64,000 bases of DNA from positions 47,678,001 to 47,742,000 of the forward strand of contig NC_043015.1 of assembly GCF_006345805.1 (NCBI RefSeq), written 5' to 3'. How positions within the stretch are numbered: the stretch's first letter is position 1; each line of letters opens with the position of its first letter. The DNA is from Octopus sinensis. Taxonomy: Eukaryota. The notes beneath the pieces are model-generated. The model did not search any database and was not told where the DNA came from. It saw only the letters and a program-made list of their open reading frames with translations. The position numbers were made by a program, and so were the translations under genes. Below are positions 48,060 to 59,499 of the stretch, piece after piece.

Positions 48060-49790
48060 GTCTATATCTACTCTAGCTAATACCATGCCCTTGGGTAGAA
48101 TCCTCCTCTATTCATATTAAATTCCTTCCAAGTTCTTCTGTCTAGCTTTGCTAATTCAGTTTTTGTCCAATCTACAAAAGCTACTGAGTATCTGAGTAAA
48201 TACTACCCAAGTATTTACAGCCTTCACTAGATTCGGACCTTTTTGCTTTGACTTCATTAGCTTCCTCACCCTTCTGATGTACTCCTCAACTTTCGTTTTC
48301 ATTTCTATAGTTAGTGCTCTGTTAGATTATAATACTCCTAGATACTTATAACTCTCTCCTCCTTTCGATGATTCTAATGTGTGGCCATCGCTGTTGACTA
48401 ACCGTCCCCTTTTCATGACTAATATTACACATTTATTTATGCCAAATTCCATGCCTACATCTTTGCTGGAAAGTCTTACAGTCCGTATTAAGGAATCTAT
48501 CTCTTTTTCATTCTTACTAAAAAGCTTCAGATCATCCATGTAGAGTAAATAGTGAATTTTTCCCTTACTATTTCTGAACTAATACCCTGCCTTTGCTTTC
48601 CTTAATACTAAACTGAGGAGGATCAAACATAAGACAAATGTTAAAGGGGACAACGAGTTAACTTACCCTAAGAATGTGTCCCCTAAGTAGAGATCTACTT
48701 TCTATTTCTTCATGCTAAAGCTAATTAATTCTCTTATGTTGTCTGCTATACTGAATATACTCAAACATTTACTTATCCATAAATGTAGGATTATGTCATA
48801 AGCTTTTTTGTAATCTATCCATGCTATTTTTAGATTTTTCTTTCTAGTTTTTATTTCATTTAGAACTGCTTTGTCTATGTATAATAGATCACACATTCCA
48901 CTAGCCTTCTTTCTGTTCTTCTTGCAATAAATGCTGGTTGTCAAGGTACTCGTAAATGCTTTCTGAAAGCATTCCTGTTATCAGCTTCCACTCTAATGGT
49001 AAGCAAGTGATTGGTCTATAGTTGCTAGTTGTATTGCCTTTGCTCTTATCTTCCATAATGTGTATTGTCCTCCCTCTAGTCATCCAATCTGGTATTATTC
49101 CTCCATTCAGGCAATCCTGAAGTTGTTCCCTCAGCCTCCCATGTAAATTACTAAATTTCTTTTGCCAGTATCCTTGAACTAAATCTGGTCCTGGGCCCTT
49201 CCAATTCAGCATTTTTCCTAACACTTTACTCATCAATACACAAGTCAGTCTTAGATCTGGCTGCTTCTCACTCACTATTTGTTCTCTCACTTTCTTTAAC
49301 CATACTGTATTTCCATTATGATTGACTGGCTTATCCCGTATATTACTCCAGAACTTTCTAGCTTCTTCTGCATTAGGTTTCTCATCTCCAGTACTTCCTA
49401 TTGTTTATTTGGTTATAAAATCCCTGGTGTCTCAAATAATCTATTCTGTTGATACTGGTCTATTCTTTTCTGATATCTGGAAAGCTTGCCTGCTACTGCT
49501 ATGATACGCTGTTTCAACTCTTCTATTACTGTCCCAAGTCCTTTCTTTTTGACTAAGTATCTTTTCTCAAGGGAAGATTTGCATCTTGTGTTTTATAACT
49601 TGTTCAGTTTCCAGGCTTCTATTCTACTCAGATCTTGTCTTAAAGTCTTCCCTTTATTCTGTAGTCTCCTTTTTCACATTTGCTCGTTTTAAATATTTCC
49701 TTGTGCTTTCCCTTTTATTCTTTTGTTTACACCTGCCACTCACTGCCTGAAGCTTCCAAACTTCCTAGATACACACACACTCTCTATCTA
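48060..49790 (-). mobile_element. R4/Dong-like (RLE clade) non-LTR retrotransposon fragment with RT
   Basis: Minus frames: NWKGPGPDLVQGYW, GRTIHIMEDKSKG..TSNYRPITCLPLEWK, IAWIDYKKAYD, YMDDLKLF, YKYLGVL; stops and frameshifts throughout. Confidence 0.85.
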
Positions 49791-50317
49791 GGGGCTTCCT
49801 GATCTAGCTCCCCCATTTAAATCCTGCATCGAAAAAAAAATTGGTGTTGTCCCCTTCTTTAAGCAAATATTTTGTTCATGATTAAGTCCGACATAGTTAA
49901 TATCTCGACTTTGACGGATTTAAATATCCCCATGTATTTAACTTATTTATATTTACATTATTTTATTCTTTTCAATTTAATGTCTCTAACTCTGCGTATT
50001 TTAATAAACTCTATTGTATTCCCTATAAACTTTCATGTCGCCTTCGTTATATCTATCCTTCTTGCTCTATCGTTCGATTTTTATAGTTAAAATAAGTCAA
50101 AAACACCAAGACGTGTCCAAAATTTCTGAATATTGTTGAACGAGGGGTGTTTTATGCTTGCTGACTAAATTTTTTTGAACTGAGCGAAAAGAACTCAACT
50201 GTAAATGTATTTTTCTTCGATGATTTTAGAAAGTAGTGCCGGCGAACCACAGTAAAATAATCTGGAAAGAGAGATGAATCGAAGAGCAAAATAATCCATC
50301 AAGCCATCCACCTTCGC

Positions 50318-50565
50318 TCACTGGGAGGGTCGTAGAGGTAGAGTCTTTGGATGCTTCCTCCATTGGGTCCTACCAGAAGCAACCATCATTACACTTTCTG
50401 GCTGGATTCCCAAGCATGACCGACTGAAACTATGGATATTATTCAACCATCTGGTTCTTGGTTTACCACTTGGCCTCCTCTCATTTGGCTCGGTTTGAAG
50501 AATCAGTCTTGCAATTCTTCCTTTTTGCTTTCTAATCATTTGTCCGTAGTACCAGAGTTGTATTT
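50318..50565 (-). mobile_element. RTE LINE ORF C-terminal fragment
   Basis: LRYYGQMIRKQKGRIARLILQTEPNERRPSGKPRTRWLNNI, the RTE terminal motif (GH..R....G.R..GRP...W.D). Confidence 0.6.
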
Positions 50566-50705
50566 TCTCCGAAAGTAGTGATAGAGTATGTATATTATTT
50601 CTTTTTTTAGTTGATATGCAATTACCCAGACCCTATTAAAGTGGATCTTAAGCGGGGCACCGAAGAAATGGTAAATGGTTTATGGCAAACAAGATTTCAC
50701 TTTAA

Positions 50706-51097
50706 ACTTACTCTGTTGCTTGTTTCAGTCATTTGATTGCGGCCATGCTGGAACACCGGCTCTAGTCGAGCAAATCGACCTCAGGATTTATTCTTTGTAA
50801 GCCTGTACTTATTCTATCGATCTCTTTTGCCGATCCGCTAAGTTACGGTGACGTAAACACACCACCATCGGTTGTCAAGCGATGTTGAGGGGGACAAACA
50901 CACACATATATATATATATATACAATATATACGATGGGTTTCTTTCAGTTTCCGCCTACCAAATCCACTCACAAGGCTTTGGTCGGCCCGAGGCTATAGT
51001 AGAAGACACTTGCCCAAGGTGCCACGCAGTGGGACTGAACTCGGAACCATGTGGTTGGTAAGCAAGCTACTTACCACACAGCCACTCCTGCGCCTAT
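50706..51097 (-). mobile_element. SINE family A
   Basis: Reverse-complement full-length family A copy. Confidence 0.85.
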
Positions 51098-51819
51098 GTA
51101 TTGCTAAAATAATATTCGAAGTTTCTTTATATGATCGGAAATGTAATTCCGAAGTGTTCATTTTGTCATAATGAGGATATGGTCAAAAACTTTGCGATAA
51201 AAAAAAAGGAGAAAACCTTTCAAATATAATAAAGCGGAAGTATAAAAAAAAAAATAACACCATTTTCCATTTCATTGTGTTAGCTTTGTTTCATTTTGAA
51301 AACTAAAAACTCATTTTATTACTTATTATTGTTTTTATTTTTATTTATATATATATATGGGTGCGCCAAAATCTTTTAAGTGCTTAGGGCCTCTATGGGT
51401 CTTAATCCGGCCCTGGCTGTGCCATTGATATGAAGAGTATGAAATTACAAGACATAGAATATAGTATCTTCGTGACGTCCACGTGACTGTAGATGTAAAT
51501 AATATTAGCAGAATGCTTGGAATTTCTATAGAGTTTGGTGACTTTAAACTGTTTCCTTCACGAGCAGGGAGGATGAGGTGTGATAACGCTATCGTGTGAT
51601 GTGTATTGTGTGCATTTTTGTCAAGATGTAATGGTGAGATGTGCGCGTACACATTATGCTTGCGAATTTATATCTATATAAATCGCTCAGATTCTTATGT
51701 AAAAATATTTTGTATTTTTATTCATTGTTGTGTCCATTTAAATTGCATTTATTTTGTTGTTATTTACTTTGGGTTTATGGCCAACACAGTCACACATTTT
51801 TTCTTCTTTCCATTTTTAG

Positions 51820-52745
51820 GTGCTAGCTTGAATTCTTCGAAGGGAAGCTCGAGTCGTTCAGATTCTAGCTCCGAAGCCGCAAGTATAATCACTACCGAAA
51901 TTTATGAATCATTTCTACCTTTTGAAGTTAAAATATTCGCCGACAGCAGCCAAATCAATATGCTTAATACACTGTATCGGCCGCTAATAAACCTTCTTGA
52001 TTCTGACCTACATATCATAAAAATATCAGATAATAGAAGTCCTCGTTGTTCTGAGACTAATTCACTGAAAAAGCAAGATTATCTCCGCCATGTTTTTGTG
52101 CCCAGTTTTTCGATTTTGATTTTTTTACTCGAGGACGGATTGCTTACTCAGCAAAGATTTTCGGAAGCTCAGTTTTACTTTCAACAGAAACCTTGGAAAT
52201 TTTATCATCGATCACGAATAGACAAAAGAAAAGCAATAGAATTTTGTTCCGATAATATGCAGGAATTCTATGGTACTTCAAAAGGTTATCCTCTCTGGGG
52301 AATTCGTCGCGTACATTATGGAAAAGAGCATTTGCGATTTATGTTATTTGTCAGCTGCGACAATTGGCTTGCGATGGTGAGCTTTTACAAAGTTCTTATG
52401 AATTCAGCTCCTGAATACGAACAAGATGACTTCTGTATGTTCACAGTGGACAACCAAGAACATTATGACGTACAGTTTGTTCTCAAACAACTGCCTCCAC
52501 ATATTATTCCCGAACCATTATATTTCGTTGAACTTGAATTTCAGATATCTGATATTGGCATTCTGATGCCACATTTTCCAAACGTTTGTAAACCAATGTC
52601 TGGTCATAAATGGTGCACATCGGATCATGACGGAAATCCCCTTATAATGAGCTTAAAACCGAGACTACAATGTTCACCCCAGACGTCTATGAAACGAAAT
52701 TCACCCGAATATTTGTCAGCCGCTAACAAAGTGTTTTTCGTGTGA
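51820..52745 (+). CDS. FAM124A: FAM124-family protein, main/last coding exon
   Basis: Acceptor TTCTTTCCATTTTTAG|G at 51819. Contains YPLWGIRRVHYGKEHLRFMLF, LKQLPP, LEFQISDIG.LMP.FPN.C.P, W.T.DHDGN, matching vertebrate FAM124A/B motifs; the A/B paralogue cannot be resolved here. Confidence 0.9.
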
Positions 52746-53224
52746 AAAACTCAAACGCGCCAAATTCCTAACAGTTATAACACAAAAACATCTAACTTAT
52801 CTCGAAGAAGCGATTGTTCATTATGTTTTACCGGCAATAATGTGTATACAGATGGAGTCTCCAGAGAAGAATCGAACCAGGTACTAATGGAATGTCTTTA
52901 AGATCTTTATTCGTTTTTTTACAAAGAACAGTTAAGATTTTGATGTTCGTATATGACCTACTTTTTATTGAATGTATTTCGGAAAAGTCAAACCTTATGG
53001 TTGAATGTATTATATGTATATAAGAGGACTATTATTAATGATAAATATACCGTTCAAACTAAGCAGAAAATCTGTTATTACTGAACTGAGCGTTAATACA
53101 GAAATAATATTCTCACAAATCTAAGACAATGGCTAAGATGGACCAAGAATAACAAATATGTTTAGTGTACATTCATGAAGAGCTATTGAGTACTTAGTTG
53201 AGATATACCTTTACAGAACAATTC

Positions 53225-53520
53225 CAGTGGATTTGGTAGACGGAAACTGAAAAGAAGCCCGTCGTATATATGTATATGTATATATATATGTGTGTGTGTG
53301 TGTTTGTGTGTCTGTGTTTGTCCCCTCAACATCGCTTGACAACCGATGCTGGTGTGTTTACTCCCCCCTGTAACTTAGCGGTTCGGCATAAAAACCGATA
53401 GAATAAGTACCAGGCTTACAAAGAATAAGTCCTGGGGTCGATTTACTCGACTAAAGGCGGTGCTCCAGCATGGCCACAGTCAAATGACTGAAACAAGTAA
53501 AAGAGTAAAAGAGAGTAAAA
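53225..53520 (+). mobile_element. SINE family A, 5'-truncated
   Basis: Family A central and tail motifs. Confidence 0.85.
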
Positions 53521-54313
53521 AATAGGGCGCATGACACAAAGAGAACTTACAAAAAATTAATAAATAAGCACCGGAAGTGGAGAGTAGCATTTGTTATTGA
53601 GTAATAGTTTGTGCGCAGGTGTTGAAGACTATTACATGTCTCAGAATCATATTATTGCCAGTTTGGAAATCTAATTCTCTGTAATTTATATATGTATTTT
53701 ATGGCTTATGTCTTTAAGGACGATCAGTGGGAAGATGAAAAGACAATTCCATTCTGGTTCTTAACAGGAAACTATTTTCGGTGGACATGCATCAAATACA
53801 AACACCGGTAAAAAAAAATATGTAAAACAAGCAACACGGTGCCAACTGCATCCAGATTTCCGGACATCTTTTTTTTTTTTTCAACTAGATTCCAAGTAAC
53901 GAAATAAACTTTAATATCATTTTTGATTACAACATTTCTGGAACTCAGAAAACATTTATAAAGAAATCATTTATTTTCTCTTCGACTCTAGACACGATGT
54001 AAATCATTTCTGTAATGTTTGCAAATAATATATTTGCGAAATAGATTATAAATTTTATACCAAAACAAACAAAAAAGAATTATACAAGCGCATTCATAAA
54101 ACACGATTCATGCATCCATAAATATTCATGCGTATCTATATGAGCATAGGTGTTTACATACTTATACATAAACGCACACAATATCTATACACATATCTAT
54201 ACACTTATTACCAAATTTCCGCTATTTTAATGCTAAATCGTTATTCAGAAAAAGCGGAACAAAGTCATTGTCATCAGAAAATGCGGAACAAAATCATATT
54301 TCATGAACAAAAT

Positions 54314-54670
54314 TTATTTCAAGGACTTTCCTTTAGGTTTAGAAAGATTAGATATTTCCTCCGAAGGTTTTCGAGATTTAGCTAGTCTTGTTTTAGTCAG
54401 TTTTGTATAAACGAACCTTCTAGGATTTGGTGGCCGCAGGCTGCCTTTACAATCTATACAAAAGCAGAAAAAATCGCACTGCTTCATGTAATATTTGCAG
54501 TATTTGATACAATGGTCGAAGCTGTGCTTCAGATGTGTGAAACATTGCTTGAAGCAGGAGAGGGAAAAATTACCGCACGCAATGGAACAATCTGCATTTT
54601 CTTTGAAGCTCATGTAAGCAGAAGACGACAGGTACGGAAATGTAAAGAGAAGTAGTAATATTTCGGCTTT
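54314..54670 (-). CDS. Secreted cysteine-rich peptide precursor, main coding exon (unrecognised family)
   Basis: Acceptor TTTTTATTTCAG; phase-0 frame KAEILLLLFTFPYLSSSAYMSFKENADCSIACGNFSLSCFKQCFTHLKHSFDHCIKYCKYYMKQCDFFCFCIDCKGSLRPPNPRRF...KSLK*. Hydrophobic signal peptide, 10 Cys, RR site; AATAAA on minus at 53970-53975. Confidence 0.8.
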   Translation of the reverse strand, partial: KAEILLLLFTFPYLSSSAYMSFKENADCSIACGNFSLSCFKQCFTHLKHSFDHCIKYCKYYMKQCDFFCFCIDCKGSLRPPNPRRFVYTKLTKTRLAKSRKPSEEISNLSKPKGKSLK

Positions 54671-55209
54671 CTGAAATAAAAAGAAATATATAGAAAATAT
54701 ATAAGATTAAATATTTCAAGGTCGCTGTGAAAATTATTGAATGGAATTTTATAAGTGAAGAAAAATTAAGCATTTAAGAAGAAATCATCGTTTATAAATT
54801 CATATGAAACTATACACAGACTATCACACGAGGTTTCATATGAAATAACTTTATTATTATTATTATTATTAATATTATTATCATCATCATTCTTCTTCTT
54901 CTTCTTATTATTATTATTATACATACATACATAATAATAATAATGATAATAATAATAATAACAACAATAAGTAGGTGTAAACACATGAACAAAATAAAAA
55001 TAAACAAAGACAAATTACACAAACGTATATAAACAGGAGATACAAATATTACAGACACTTCCCCCCACCACACACACACACTAACTAAACATAGACACAC
55101 ATAGAGGTATACGCATGCGAAAATGAAGACACATACAATAGAAATACAAAATACAAAATGGCTGACCGTTAGTAAGGAGAGACACACAAATAAGAAAGAA
55201 GAAAGCAAA

Positions 55210-55254
55210 GGACCACTGATGAGGTCACAGGAGTGTGACGAAAGAACTCTGGCC
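55210..55254 (+). ncRNA. Minimal type I hammerhead ribozyme motif
   Basis: GGACCA-CUGAUGA-G-GUCACA(GGAG)UGUGAC-GAAA-G(AA)C-UC/UGGCC: intact core, 6-bp stem II, 2-bp stem III and stem I pairing. Confidence 0.7.
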
Positions 55255-55504
55255 GAAATAAGATTAAGATTAATGTAAAAAATAAATAACGCTGGAGAGA
55301 AGTAACACCAAATATATAGTGCGTGTGGCAAAATGACCATTCCTAAATACAACAATAACTTGTGAATAATTTCATTTTAATAAACGGGGAAAACTAACAC
55401 AATTTCAAAAGATTCTTTGTTTCTATGCTGAGGCGAAGATTTGATGAAGCTTCAAATCATATGGAACAGATTTTTTAAATTCGATTTGTCGTAAGGCAAG
55501 TCAT

Positions 55505-55922
55505 AGATCTTTTCGGTTTGACCGGCAGTTTTTAAAAATAATTTCCACGTAACTAAACACTTTTAAACTTCGTATACTGGTAGAATGTGTTTATAAAACA
55601 CCTTTTTCTCTTGGCTTTATTGAGAAAATTCTATAGTTTGTAAGATATTTGTTGTTGTCTTTTCTTCAATTTCTGCAATTTCAACCAATCAATGACGTCT
55701 ATTGAGGTGAAAACATTATGTGCCGTATGAATATGTCCCTCGTTTAAGAAACAGATTGGGTTTATTTACGTTTGTGAAGAAAAAAGATACCCTTCCCCCC
55801 ACCCCTAACCGTAACTCTAATACAGATTGAAATGTAATAGATCGATTCTAGGGTCATAATTATGGGTGACAATTTCATATGACACCGCTAGAAAAAAACT
55901 GCCGTTCAAACCGAAAAGATCC
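55505..55922. mobile_element. Merlin-like MITE, copy 2
   Basis: 28-bp TIRs and an 8-bp TSD CAAGTCAT/CAAGTCAC. Confidence 0.8.
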
Positions 55923-56490
55923 CAAGTCACTAATAAATATAAATAATGTACAATAAATAATAAAGTGAACTAAAAGAGGAAACAGGTTCTGAAGGGCTTA
56001 CGCAAAAAAAAAATCTTTATTTAATTTCTTTCTTGGTTATGGAAAGAAGACTAATACCTGGTGGTAATTATTAGCGACTCTTATAAAAGGGAGATAATTT
56101 AAAGAAATAATGTTTGATCGGACTACATTGCTCTGATGATGTCTGATAGATCGAAACAAGTCCCTAGTTATCACCCTTGCCAGTTAACAAAGATTTCCCA
56201 TTCTTTGATTTAAGAAATTAATTCATACTTAAAATTATCTCTTTTTCGTTCTAATTGCCACTAGAAGAGTTTTTGTTTTTTTTCAACTAAGAAGGGCTTT
56301 CAATTAATTAAGAATACTTTGTGAACTTCATTCAATACATCACCTCTTAATTATCCAAATTTATGTCATTAGCCCGTCTTAGCTATTTCCCTTCGTTTTA
56401 TTTATTAACTATGCAAACTATACTGGCTAAAACTATTCCCATATATCAAATGATTGATAGGTTTGCAGCAGGTCAATGAACTGGAATGTG

Positions 56491-56688
56491 AAGGACCCCT
56501 TATTAACTCATGCAGTGGAGTTAGGGATCATTCAAGACTTATTCCAAGTAGTTCTTGCTCTTACCATTCAAAGATTCCAGGATCTCGGTAAGGATCCCTT
56601 ATTAACTCATGCAGTGGAGTTAGGGATCATTCAAGAGTTATTCCAAGTAGTTCTTCTTCTTACCATTCAAAGATTCCAGGATCTCGGT
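56491..56688. repeat. Tandem duplication, 2 x 99 bp, containing the ATG/splice donor of the Cys-rich gene
   Basis: Units 56491-56589 and 56590-56688 differ at only a few positions; each contains TGAATG|GTAAGA on minus. Confidence 0.92.
56664..56666 (-). CDS. Start codon of the Cys-rich peptide gene (ATG is the last codon of a likely 27-nt exon 56664-56690)
   Basis: TTTGAATG|GTAAGA with an in-frame TGA immediately before the ATG; splicing to 54670 gives MKAEILLLLFTF.... Candidate upstream acceptor TTTTACAATATAG at 56691 and upstream donor CAG|GTAAAA at 56952. Confidence 0.7.
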
Positions 56689-57204
56689 ATCTATATTGTA
56701 AAACAGAAATTTTGTGCGACATCCAGCTCATCTCTATCTTTTCATTGTCGGAAAGGGACGGGTTTGAAGCTTTATTCTAAGAGATCGATAAACGATTGGT
56801 TTTTGTGGTTCTTTCTTGTTTTGTAAAATTAAGCCTGTTCTTGACGATGAGTTCTATATTTGACTCTGATGTCGAGCACGGGGATGATCGGGCAACGATC
56901 TGTTTAGCCATCAACACCACACAAAGATGTGACAATTCAAATATTTTTTACCTGTACGTCTCTTCTTGATTTTGATGAAGTTAATGAGATGCTAGTAACT
57001 GAACAGTAACATCTCAATGATTACGCCAATAACATTGATTAGATACCAGTATACGACCGATAACGAAAGAGTTAAAACTGTACTATCAAGATTAACCAAC
57101 AGCTTATGGAAATATGGTAGCTAGCATCTAACCAAACACGCTAGCCAAAAGCTTATGGAAATATGGTGTAGCAGTCTCGTCCATTGATTAATACAATCAT
57201 TATA

Positions 57205-57417
57205 ATTATCTTACACCGCATATGCCGGTGTATAAGACGCGCTTTTTTTTATTCGCAAATCAAGAAAAAAATTGGCGTGCGTCTAATGTAACCGTATTAA
57301 GGATGGGATACCCAGTGTATGAGAGAATATAGTGAAACATAAAATCTATTTTTCCTCACAAATGTCGGGGTTTGTCTTATGCGAAAGGGTGTTTTATATA
57401 CCAGCAAAAAACGCTGT
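57205..57417. mobile_element. Tc2/Tigger-like MITE (degenerate)
   Basis: CCGGTGTATAAGACG ... GTCTTATGCG...TATATACCAGCAAAAAACG sub-terminal motifs. Confidence 0.45.
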
Positions 57418-57445
57418 CTTCAGCAAAACAAAATCTAAGCGTTGA

Positions 57446-57479
<34 letters not shown>

Positions 57480-57489
<10 letters not shown>

Positions 57490-59058
57490 TCTGAAAGTAT
57501 TGTTTCAAGAATAAGAATTGTATGGAGGAAGTTCAGAGAGCTATTCCCTTTGTTGGCAGCAAAAGGACTCTCTCTCTCCCTCTCAGAGTGGAAAGTAGAC
57601 TGTATGATGCTTGTGAGAGAACGGCTATACTCTGCGGTAGTGAGACATGGGCTCTGAATGCAGAAGACATGCGTAGACTGGAGAGAAATGAAGTTAGTAT
57701 GCTCCGTTGGATGTACAACATCATTGCGCATGTGCGACAAAGTGCAAATGTATTGAGAGAGAAGTTAGGCATAAGTGGAATCAAACGTAATATGCAAGAG
57801 AGAAGACTATGTTGGTTTGGACATGTGATGTGTATGAATGAGGACAGCTGCATAAAGAAATGCCGATCACTGAAAATGGATGGTACCCGCGGAAGAGGGT
57901 GATCCAGGAAAACGTGGATGAAGTGGTAAGGACCGATCTCAAAGATGTTGGGCCTCGCGGAGGAAATGTCAACGGAGCTAGATGTCTGGCGATATGAGGT
58001 TCTTGACAAGACCCGCCCACGTCAGCGAAACTCAGTTCCAGAAGCACTGTGTGTGTCCCACCCACACTTAACAAGAAAACTTCTCACACCCCCTACCACA
58101 ACAAATGAAACTACATCTCTTCCTTTCCTCGCATTTCCCCTTTATGCACTATGCTTACCTCCTATTCCCCAATCCTCTCTTGGCCCTGTCTCAATGATAT
58201 CATCTGCTAGTTCGACTTGTGTGTTCCACCCACACATACCAAGAAAACTTTTCACTCACCCTATCCAAACAAACTAATGTACGTCTTCTCTTCCTCACAT
58301 TTCCTCCTTCATACACTATGCCTACCTCTCACTCCCCAATCCTGTTCCTCTGTGTCATTGCTATCCGGTAGCACCCCCACCCCCGACCCTATACATACCC
58401 AAGCCCCCACCCCGCCCGTCCATACCCCCTAATCACGCTTCCTCGCAATAACTTGCCACTTATATTATGACGTTCGAACCTCAAGGGTATACCCTGGCAC
58501 CCTCTCTTCCTTTACTCACCATCCCATTTATTTTCTGATCCCCGTCCCTTTTGAGTATGCCCGGCACTTTGCCAATATCTCCATCCTGCTGTCTTCCACT
58601 CTCTCCTCCTGCACTTCCATCAGGTTTGGTAATCGTGTATTTCCTTTACGGAAGTGCACCTGTCTCTGTTTTCATTCCTGATCTCTCCCCACTTCTCTCT
58701 CTCTCTCTCTCTGGTCGAGTAACTTTGTACTTCCTCTACAGCAAGACACATGTTTCTGTCTCTCAGCCTCGCTATAACCTTTCATCATCTGACACAAGAT
58801 CACCTTCTCCAATGCCCCCACCCTTCTCAAAAGAGATTTTTTTTGTCTTGCAAGTACTTGGTAACCACGTCAGTGCAGGTGCCACTTAAAAGCACCCAGT
58901 CCACACTGTAAAATGGTTGGCATTTGGAAGGGCATCCAGCTGTAAACATCCTGCCAAAACAGTTGCAGAAGTCTGGTGTAAGCTTCTACCAAACCGTCCC
59001 ACCCATGCCAGCATGGAAGGTGGACGTTAAGCGATGATGATGCTGATAATGATGATGA
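57480..59058 (+). mobile_element. 5'-truncated RTE LINE: ORF end, long pyrimidine-rich 3'UTR, (GAT)n tail
   Basis: RLYDACERTAILCGSETWALNAEDMRRLERNEVSMLRWM...RRLCWFGHV...GTRGRG, then the UTR and terminal segment ending GATGATGATG. Confidence 0.85.
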
Positions 59059-59092
59059 TATGTATCATTTAATGTACACTGTGTTAAAATAA

Positions 59093-59193
59093 GAGCTACT
59101 AATACTCTTTTGCTATTAAGACATGTGGTTAGGGCATGTTATAGAAACTAGCCTAACTACGTGTCTTAATAGCAAGAAACTATTAGTAGTTTT
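59093..59193 (+). ncRNA. pre-miRNA-like hairpin (candidate)
   Basis: 24-bp upper stem TTGCTATTAAGACATGTGGTTAGG / CCTAACTACGTGTCTTAATAGCAA whose two non-WC pairs are G-U on plus, a basal stem GAGCTACTAATA / TATTAGTAGTTT and a loop of about 15-18 nt. Confidence 0.4.
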
Positions 59194-59499
59194 TAATGTG
59201 CATTATATAATATTTATCTCTCATTGGATGGAGTACATTTTTGTTGTTCTGACCTTAACAGTGAGCTATATATATATATACTCTAACAGTGGAGAGAACC
59301 TATGGAAGAAGTAGACCCAGGAGGACATGGGATGAGGTGTGTATATACAGGTATGTATATATATATATATATATATATATACATAGATACGAAACGGGAA
59401 AGATGACTATTTATAAATGACAAAACTTTCTCAGGTGAAGAATGTACCCCACAACATAGGTTAGCAGTTAGCGACTTCAGGATCAGGGCTAAATGGCTG

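Noticed and set aside
51606-51819. N-terminal 71 aa of the 379-aa ORF
   Set aside because: Non-ATG start, low-complexity hydrophobic sequence ending in a polypyrimidine tract plus AG; intronic.
56476-56826. 116-aa plus-strand ORF with a perfect 33-aa repeat
   Set aside because: It reflects the 99-bp duplication read antisense to the Cys-rich gene's start exon; no independent support.
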